Position numbers and translations under genes: made by a program. From Gammaproteobacteria bacterium (GTDB lineage: Bacteria > Pseudomonadota > Gammaproteobacteria > JADZEE01), in assembly GCA_965225625.1 (NCBI GenBank), contig CBDDBH010000026.1, forward strand, positions 3,561 to 67,560: a DNA stretch of 64,000 nucleotides. The letters run 5' to 3'. The notes beneath the pieces are model-generated. The model was given only the letters and a program-made list of their open reading frames with translations. It was not told the origin of the DNA and did not search any database. Position 1 is the stretch's first letter. The number at the start of each line of letters is the position of its first letter. Shown piece by piece: positions 56,203 through 64,000 of this stretch.

Positions 56203-59200
56203 TTACTCCAGCAACAGCTGTAACCACGGCATTGAGGTGTTGCGCGGTGTGGACAAGGGGTCTCGGGGATCGGTTCCGGCTGCAAACTCTTCCAGCGTTG
56301 TAAATCCGTCATTGTCCGCATCGAGCGACGCGTCACTTGGATCGCGTGGCCGAAAGCCGTTTGCTACTTCATAGCCGTCGGGCAATCCGTCCGCATCCGT
56401 ATCAGCGGTAAGCGGCAATGTTCCGTTCGTGAGTTCTCCGGCGTTGTTTAAGCCATCGCCATCAACATCCCCAATCGCGGTGGCGTTCAAGTTACCAAAG
56501 TGCTCCTGTTCCCAAATGTCAGCCAGCCCGTCCGCATCGGCATCCACCGCCGTGAGCGGAATAGTCACATCCACCTGCTGACCGGCTATGACTTGGATGC
56601 CCGATTTCTGTGCCGGTTGATACCCACCTAAGGTCACGCTGATGTTGAGCGTGCCCTTTTGCACCCGCATTTCGAAACTACCATCACCGAGAGTCAACGC
56701 CGAACTCACGCCTGCCAGGATTGATGCCCCTGCCAGGTTTGCAAAGAGCACGTCGCTCTTGAGAAGCCCGACCACGGTCCCTAAGTCCGGTGCGACCGGC
56801 CGATCTACCCGTAAGTCATAGCTCGTCCCAATGCCGCCGCTACCCATAAACTGCGATACACGGATGTAATACACCCCCGCCGATGCCACGGTGAATGTCA
56901 GCAACTCACTTCCGCCGGCGAACGCGTCATCTCGTGTCGGACCTATCTGCGTTGTACGGTCACTGCCAAAGAGTTGCAGGGCGAGGTCCGCATTCGCCCC
57001 CACATTCTCAGCCTTCACTTCATACGGCTGTCCTGCAATCCCGTAGAACTGCACCCAGTCCTCATCAGCCGCGGAGTGCACGGTGTGCGCCTGGGCCTCG
57101 ACGGCATTTGAGACGATGACCGACGCGTCACTCGCCTGGTTATCCGGTTCATAGACATCGGCCCCCACTTTCTGGATCACCTGCGTGACCGCCGGCAGTG
57201 ACACTACGCCCTCGTCGTCTTCGGCAAAGATAGCTACTTGATACACGCCGGAGGTAACACCAAAACCCCCATAACTAGCTTCATAACGGTTATTTCCTAC
57301 GGCATTAAGGGCCACCGTAGGTAACGGTAGCGACGGACTCTCCCCGGCGGCCGTTGGAGGCGTGATAACCGCAAACACGCGGGCAATAATGCCCGTGGTC
57401 GTCACATCCTCTGCAAAGAGGGCGGCAGTAGTACCCCCATCGGTGAGTGTGACCGGGTCATTCACCTTGCCAATCAGCGGAGCATCCCCGGCAAGCAAAA
57501 TCCCCGGTCCAAGAGAGAAGTTCTGCACTGCCGCCAGGTCGAACTTGTCACTATCCCCATCACCATCAGCATCGAGGCGCGCCCGTTGTGCGAATCCACT
57601 CGTCAACTCCATCGCGTTGCGACCCTGGATAAAGGCAGCACGCAAGCGGGCGCCATTCGACACCTGTTGCCAGAACTGCCGTGAAAAGGACACCGCGCCG
57701 CCCTGTTCGAATAGCGCCGGTCCTGCCCCCGTCGTACCGGCAATCCGATAGCGGCTTTCTTCACCGCCGGCCGGCGCAGCCAGCGCATCGACGTAGCTGC
57801 CCGCACCTGCAGCATCCACCACCACCGTCAGCTTTCCGGGCAACACTCCCTGTAGCGCATCTAATAAGGTATCGAGCGCCGATGCAGTAACGGACTGCGT
57901 GCCATTGAGCTGAAACGCGCCAACCTTGATGGTCCCGATCAGCACTACGACGACGTCCTGGGAATCTCCGTGTTGACCCGGAGATAACGCAAACTCCAGG
58001 TTTAAGAGGGTGTTGAGTTGTGCGACCGCATTCACTGTCGTCGCGCTGTAGAAGGCTATCTCCGTGTCCTGATAACCCTGGAGGCGCAGCGACTGATAGG
58101 TTGATGTGCCCGCCAGTTCATACGCAGGCCACGTCGGATCCGACGCCTGCCCCCCAACACCACCACCGCACGGCGCGTCAGCGGATTGCCCACCGATACC
58201 GATGTCAGTTTCGGTAGCGAAGTGTTGGTTAATCCATCGAGGGCATAAATCGCCAGCTGATAGGCCCCGGGGGTAGTGAATCCCGTGAAGGTGCCCGCGT
58301 AATTGCCACTGCCGGGCGAAACCTCGACCATCTCCACCTCCGGCATCGCCGTCACCGGGTTGTCGGTGGAACCGCCAGTGAAATTCGGTGGCCGCAACAC
58401 CGCCCATACCCGGCCTATCCCGTCCGCATCACTTACCCCGGATGCCGTAATCGTCGCCGTGCTGGTTGCATTGATAACTTGTGGCGCAGAGACCGACGTG
58501 ATTGTCGGCGCATCGAGAAAATTATTCACCCCGCCGCCGACAAATTGATTGGCTACCAGGTCCAAGTCCGCCTGCTCATTCCCCACTCCATTCCCATCGG
58601 CATCGAGCAATGGAAACTGCGGGGTCGAAGCACCCTCCACCGAGGTTCGCGCCTGCGCGTACGCCTCACCGACGCTCTTACCGTTCAAGATCTGCATCCA
58701 GAAGAAGTTCGAGAACGACAGCGCACCCTGTCCTGTGAAATAGGCCAATTGGTTGGGGGAACTGGATGTAATGATCACCCGATTCTTCCCCGTCGGCGGT
58801 TGAAAGGAGCCGACGAAGCTGCCTGATTCACACGCATCGTAAATGACCGTCACTTTGCCGTTAATACTTGTCTGCAGTTGATCCAGCCAGGCATCCATCT
58901 GTACCGCCGAAATCGTGTCTGTGGCAGAGATCCGGAAGCGCCCGTCGCCACCATGGTCGGTCAGATAAACGACGACATCGTCGGCGTCCGCGGCCCAGTT
59001 GACGATGGCGTTCTCCAGATTTGTTTCGCTCGCCTCCGCATCCACGTCGTCGGCCACACCGTTACCGTCAAGATCAAGATCCGTGTCATCCGAGAGATAG
59101 AAAATGTTCTGCTTTACGAAGCCCTGGAAGGTGAGCGTACGGAAGGCGAAGTTCGCCATTGCCTGGCTGGCGTCCCACAGCGCGTTCCCGGGAAACGGCC

Positions 59201-61040
59201 CGCCGCCAGCCACGACGATCGCCTTGGAGTTGGCTTCGCCGGCCGCGATTGGACGAAAGACCTGAAGACGATCATTACCGGCGTCGCTAACGTATAATTT
59301 ACCGCCAGGACCGAATTCCAGATCTTCCACTCCGAGGTATTTACCCGCATCCGAGCCGGCCCCGCCGATGGTCTCGACCAACATGCCGGCCGAGGAGAAT
59401 TTCTGGATCCGTTCGGTGCAGTCGAACGTCGGGCTGATAAGGGGGCTCGCGTTGTATACATAAACGAACCCATCGGAATCCACCGCCACCTCCTCGGGAG
59501 CAGGAAGACAGGCGCTTGCTATGTCGCCCGTGGCAATCCAGCTGAGTAAGAACTGGCCGTCGGACGTAAACTTCTGGATCCGTTCGTTTCCGCTATCGGC
59601 AACGTAAACGAATCCACTGGCGTCGACGGTGACGTCGCGGGGATTCATGAACTGACCATTCTGCGATCCCTGTCCACCCCACTGCCTCACGAAAACACCG
59701 TCGGAAGCGAAAGCCTGGATGCGGTGATTGTTACCATCAGCAACATAGACGGTGCCATCCTGAGCGACGGTCAGGCTCTTTGATTGCGTTGAACTGACCG
59801 TTGCCGCTGCCCGCGCTTCCCCAGGAGGTAACGAATTGCCCGTCGGCGGTGTATTTCCGTATGAGATTATCGGCAGTGTCAGCCGCGTAAACGAAACCGG
59901 CCGGGCCGACGGCCATGCTGGTCGTACCTTGGCTCGCCCAGGCGGCGACAAACTGTCCGCTCGCCGTAAATCTCTGGATCCGTTGGTTGCCGGCGTCGGC
60001 AACGTACACTGCACCGCTGGGTGCCACCCCGACGCCCGCGGGATCCGCAAATCGGCCATTGTCGATGCCTCGCGCCGTCCACTTGGTCACGAACTCACCG
60101 TCGACAGTTAGCTTTTGAACGCGCTGGTTCTTCGTATCCGTAACGTAAACCAACCCTTCGTCGTCGGTGGTAATTCCTGTCGGCGTATCGAAATCGCCAT
60201 CCGCCCGACTGCCGAGCGACTCAGTGCCGCCCCACTTAGCAATCAGCTGGCCGCTAGAGTTGAATTTCTGGACAGAATGGCCAAACGAGCCGTCCACGAC
60301 ATAAACGAATCCATCGCCGTCGACCGCGATTCCGGCGGGGTTGTGAAATCGGCCGCTGCCGCCCCACTCGAGCACGAATTGACCCGCCGCGGTGAATTTC
60401 TGCACACGGTTCAGGTCGGTATTGTTCTGATCGTCAGTGACGTAAATGAACCCGTCGTCGGCTGCCGCGAGATGGGACGGTGATTCGAACTGCCCAGGCT
60501 CGCTACCCTGACTCCCGAATGCCGCGATGAAATCGCCGTCGTCCGTGAATTTCTGGATACGGTGGTTATCGGTGTCGGCGACATAAACGAATCCACCGGC
60601 ATCGACCGCAACCCCGAGCGGCCTGTTCATCTGACCGTTTCCTGCACCGCTGCTGCCCCATGCGGTCACAAAATCGCCTTCGCTGGTAAATTTCTGCACA
60701 CGGTCATTGCCGTCGTCGGCGACATAGACGAAACCGTTGGCGTCGACTGCCGTACCGCGGGCCACCGAAAACTGACCTGGCGCGGTGCCGATCCCGTTTC
60801 CGAACCGCACGACGAGGTGACCGTCGCGTGAAAATTTCCGCACTTCTCCCAGATCGCTTACGTAAATAAAGCCGTTCGCGTCAAAAGCAATTCCCGAAGG
60901 GAATGCGAAATACCAGGGCTGCTGCAGCGTCGGCCACATGCGCTCAAACTTGAAACTGTCCGCCGCATTAACAGCGCAAGGAGCAACTGCATTGCTCGCA
61001 TAGCAACAACCAGTATCTGCGAAATGGCGGCTTTGACCAT
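56203..61040 (-). pseudogene. Single large exported protein (NHL repeats, two C13/clan-CD peptidase domains, PPC-like and carboxypeptidase-regulatory-like beta domains, Ca-binding DxDxDG repeats) split by three frameshifts
   Basis: ORFs 59737..60939, 58056..60059 and 56203..58407 join at ~59780 and 58150-58155; the signal-peptide frame from ATG 61040 joins at ~60965-61000. Confidence 0.8.
59260..60905 (-). repeat. NHL repeat array (coding repeats, about a dozen units)
   Basis: Recurrent GQFxxPxGxAVDxxGFVYVADxxNxRIQKFTxxG units. Confidence 0.85.
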
Positions 61041-61083
61041 ACCAGCCTCTGTGGCAGCCCTTTCGACAGGGCTAACTTCTAAT

Positions 61084-61716
61084 TCACTGTCGCTGAAACT
61101 CAGCGTGAATTTCCAACTCCACTTCATCGCCAACTGCAGGCACGTGCGCAGCGATGCCGTGCTCGGAACGTCTGACGGTTGCCGTCGCCGAGAAACCGAT
61201 CACATAACGGCCGGTGATGGGATTCGTCGCGCCAGCGATAAAAGTAATATCCAGATCCAGCGGTATGGTGACGCCGTGCAAGGTGAAGTCACCGCGAAAG
61301 CGCGTGGTGGTCTCATTCAGTTTTTCGGCACTGGTGGTACGCAATACAGCCTGCGGATAGCTCGTCGAGTCAAACCAACCCGGGCCTCGCAAAGTTTCTT
61401 CGAAATCCGGGTCGTTGACATCCACGCTTGCGGTTTGCACGACCGCCTCGAGTCTTGCCGCCATAAAATTTTGCGGATCGAAATCGAGCGTTGCGTCCAG
61501 CTCGTTAAACCTGCCGATGTATTTTGAAAACCCAAGGTGACTCACTTTGAACAGGACCGTGGCATGCGATTTATCGAGCTTGTACTGACCTGCGCGCAGG
61601 GTGGTGTAGTCCGTGTTTAATTTGGGCGTGATCAAACTTGTACAAGCTGCCAGCAATAACAGCCCGGCGAGGGCTGAGACTTTGAAAATCGGGCCAGAGA
61701 TTCTTTGCATACTCAT
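61084..61716 (-). CDS. YceI-family lipoprotein
   Basis: Lipobox LLLAAC; YKLDKSHA, SHLGFS..GRF, GDFTLHGVT, VGDEVELEIHAE. Confidence 0.9.
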   Translation of the reverse strand: MSMQRISGPIFKVSALAGLLLLAACTSLITPKLNTDYTTLRAGQYKLDKSHATVLFKVSHLGFSKYIGRFNELDATLDFDPQNFMAARLEAVVQTASVDVNDPDFEETLRGPGWFDSTSYPQAVLRTTSAEKLNETTTRFRGDFTLHGVTIPLDLDITFIAGATNPITGRYVIGFSATATVRRSEHGIAAHVPAVGDEVELEIHAEFQRQ

Positions 61717-61732
61717 TCGATTTTGCTTGAAC

Positions 61733-63892
61733 TTATTTGGCAAGCTCGATCAGTTCATCGTATTTGGCCTTCGCTTGCTCGATTCGCGGCTTGAGAAGAT
61801 CAAGTTGCCGTGACCAGTCCGCGCTCCAATCGGGATCGGCCTGCCAGCGTTCGGGAGTTTGGGCATTTGCGGCCGGGGTCTCCGCGAGCGCATCAAGCTG
61901 AACTTTTCGCTGGCTGGCCAAAGCTGCGACCTCCGATTTTTTCCAGGTTCGCTGTCCGTCTACGGTTACGTAGAACGGCGCGCTCATCGCCACAACCGTT
62001 CCCATCGCGTCCGGACCAAAAATGGGTGTCGGGCTGCTGGTATATCCGGTCGCCTTGACCACGAACCACGTGCCGTGCGCCGCGGGTTGCGTATAGGAAA
62101 GTTCGAGGGTTTCCGAACCATCCTTTGAGATCGACTTGGCGACCACGTCCCCCTGTTCAATCAATTCAAGTCGCGCGAGTAGGTCGACGTCAGGATTGAT
62201 CGAGGCCTGCGCGGAAATCGAAATGGGCTCTCCGGCAGAAAGCGCCAACTCAGTGTCGGTCGCCGACCCGTTCAACTGAATATTCAATATGGGTCCGTTG
62301 CTCACAAACACGCGACCACGTGCGAGATTGTCAAACCAGGCATCGGGCGCATAACCGTTCGGCAAATTCACGTATGTGCGAACCTCGCCAACGTGTCCGA
62401 TGTAGGGATAGTCAGACCCGGCGGCGGGTTGGATCCGGTATCCCAGATTCAAGAAATCAAACCAGACCTTGGTACCGAGATCACCGCCCTGCAGCACCTC
62501 GACGAAATCAACGAGACCGAACGGCACCTCTAGCGCCAAACCCGTGTTACCGAATAGCGAGCCACCGAGCCTGAGGTTTATATGTGCGTATCCGGAGATC
62601 CCGCCCAACTCGGAGACCCGCTCGAACCATTCGTGATAGAGAAGGTAGCGGGACGGATCCCGCACAGGTTCCGGGATGTTCAAATGTATCGTGTGACCGC
62701 GCACATTAGTTCGCGGATCCTCCTGTCCAGGAACTACGGTGTAGCTTTTCTCGCCGAACCAACCGTTCTTGCCCCAGGACCGGTGCGGAAAGTGAATAGC
62801 GCGTCGGTTACCCATGCGCAGAGTGTTGGCGACATGTAGGTCCTCGGCGCGCGCATTCGTCAGTATCGCCCGGCTGTCCGCGAGGTCGCGCTGCGCCATG
62901 TGGATATGGATGTCACCCGAATACCAGCCCTGGCTGGGCAGATCAGCCCATCGCGCCAGATCAATCTTCAGTTGATGGGTTTGGGCAGCTTCAATACGGA
63001 TCGATTGTTTACGGGTGTGATACTCAATGCCTTTAGCGACGATTAACGTGTACGTGCCCACAGGAAGCCGAGCCCGATAGTATCCGTCGGTATAAAAAAC
63101 CCAGCGGTTGGCGGCTGGCCATTTCGCGGTTCCCGGTTCCTGTCTGAGCAGGACCATGCGTGTGCGATCGTCGAATTCTTCGACTTCCACCGCTGCGGTC
63201 GACGGCAGCGGTGTCCTTCCAGAGCCATCGTAAAGTCCGAGTCGAGCCGGTGTGATCTGTCCCTGCTCATCATGAACCGACAGTTCCAACCAACCGTAGG
63301 CTGTCGCTACCGCCGTCGCAAAACTAGGCACAATTTTGATCGAGCAAATCGTCATTGTTGCGGGAAAGAACGTTAACGGATCCGGAACATCGGCAATCAT
63401 CAAGTCCGTATTAAAATCGCCGCGCCCGGCAAAGCGGGCACGCGGCAGCGAGATTTTTTCCACATGGAATCGCTCTGCCGTACGCTCTGGCAGGTCTACA
63501 TTGATAATGCCCGCCGCACTACCACTCTTGTCATAGGCTACGGTGAGCTGTTTGTCGGTATTGTGCGTGTCAAATTCGATCTCGAGTTGCACCGTCTCAT
63601 CAACATCAAATGCAAGTTCATCGCGTACGTCGATGTTGAGCACGGCGCCGCGCATACAACGCCTTCCCTCGATCTCCACGACCTCCCCCGCCTCGCCTAG
63701 CACCGTAAGTCCGAGATTTCCAAACGAAGATGCGGGAGCAACCACCCGCGCGACCGCGTCGGTGTGCCAGTCGAGGGTATGCATACCCAGCGAGCCCACG
63801 CCGTGGGATGACGCGAAAGACGGGGAAAGCATCAGTAGCGCAAACCACAACCGCACCGTACTAGTCGCCAGACTACGGCTAGTTGTTAGCAC
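61733..63892 (-). CDS. CehA/McbA-family (PHP-fold) metallohydrolase, exported
   Basis: Signal-like leader; WYSGDIHIH, GQE, GHTIHL, YAH, AAGSDYP, RVFVSNGP. Confidence 0.82.
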   Translation of the reverse strand: MLTTSRSLATSTVRLWFALLMLSPSFASSHGVGSLGMHTLDWHTDAVARVVAPASSFGNLGLTVLGEAGEVVEIEGRRCMRGAVLNIDVRDELAFDVDETVQLEIEFDTHNTDKQLTVAYDKSGSAAGIINVDLPERTAERFHVEKISLPRARFAGRGDFNTDLMIADVPDPLTFFPATMTICSIKIVPSFATAVATAYGWLELSVHDEQGQITPARLGLYDGSGRTPLPSTAAVEVEEFDDRTRMVLLRQEPGTAKWPAANRWVFYTDGYYRARLPVGTYTLIVAKGIEYHTRKQSIRIEAAQTHQLKIDLARWADLPSQGWYSGDIHIHMAQRDLADSRAILTNARAEDLHVANTLRMGNRRAIHFPHRSWGKNGWFGEKSYTVVPGQEDPRTNVRGHTIHLNIPEPVRDPSRYLLYHEWFERVSELGGISGYAHINLRLGGSLFGNTGLALEVPFGLVDFVEVLQGGDLGTKVWFDFLNLGYRIQPAAGSDYPYIGHVGEVRTYVNLPNGYAPDAWFDNLARGRVFVSNGPILNIQLNGSATDTELALSAGEPISISAQASINPDVDLLARLELIEQGDVVAKSISKDGSETLELSYTQPAAHGTWFVVKATGYTSSPTPIFGPDAMGTVVAMSAPFYVTVDGQRTWKKSEVAALASQRKVQLDALAETPAANAQTPERWQADPDWSADWSRQLDLLKPRIEQAKAKYDELIELAK

Positions 63893-64000
63893 GCTGTTCC
63901 TTCTTTTTCAGCATCTTCTGCACCAGATTCGGCGCTACCCCCGGGCGCGCCCATGGACATATGGACAAACAGATCCCGCAGCCGTCGTGATCGTTGAAAT
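63879..64000 (-). CDS. C-terminal fragment of a 4Fe-4S protein, reductive-dehalogenase/QueG-like (continues beyond the window)
   Basis: Hand translation 63998->63879: FNDHDGCGICLSICPWARPGVAPNLVQKMLKKKEQRANN*; CxxCxxxCPW motif; absent from the ORF track. Confidence 0.7.
   Translation of the reverse strand, partial: FNDHDGCGICLSICPWARPGVAPNLVQKMLKKKEQRANN

Noticed and set aside
58056-60059. ORFs 56203..58407, 58056..60059 and 59737..60939 as three separate genes
   Set aside because: They overlap by more than 300 bp with nonsense-like ends and join seamlessly mid-domain, so they are treated as one frameshifted gene.
1-64000. CRISPR array, rRNA/tRNA, IS, integrase or prophage
   Set aside because: No regularly spaced identical repeats, RNA-gene signatures or mobile-element proteins were seen. 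Intergenic spaces are short and the repeats present are degenerate coding repeats (Sel1, NHL).

Overview
Gene-dense chromosomal window of a GC-rich Gram-negative bacterium, probably an environmental gammaproteobacterium (inference from gene content). It holds about 60 real CDSs. I saw no rRNA, tRNA, CRISPR array, transposase, integrase or phage gene. Content mixes housekeeping genes (nudC, yhbY, pncA, pdxH, msrA, fieF, Fpg-like glycosylase, DD-carboxypeptidase), envelope functions (PagL-like barrel, pEtN-transferase-like enzyme, MacAB-type exporter, HtrA with a divergent two-component system, PhoX) and many redox/catabolic enzymes (Co-type nitrile hydratase operon, ScoAB, 3-hydroxyanthranilate dioxygenase + RidA, a VAO/PCMH-family flavoprotein + cytochrome c, a xanthine-oxidase-family Mo enzyme without a FAD subunit, tandem glutathionyl-hydroquinone reductases). 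The most unusual observations are: (1) a VAO-type flavoprotein with the His FAD-attachment motif but a rearranged active site, coupled to a cytochrome c; (2) two genes apparently hollowed out by in-frame internal deletions (PadB-like molybdoenzyme, TMEM43-like protein); (3) a ~1600-codon NHL/tandem-C13-peptidase surface protein split by three frameshifts and ending in a PWLQLLLE tail; (4) a two-domain ceruloplasmin-like copper oxidase; (5) a multi-cluster Sel1 scaffold next to a degenerate GGDEF c-di-GMP receptor candidate; (6) an HtrA with His->Arg at the catalytic triad. All family calls come from motif recognition and remembered reference sequences, not database searches. Several indels may be sequencing errors.
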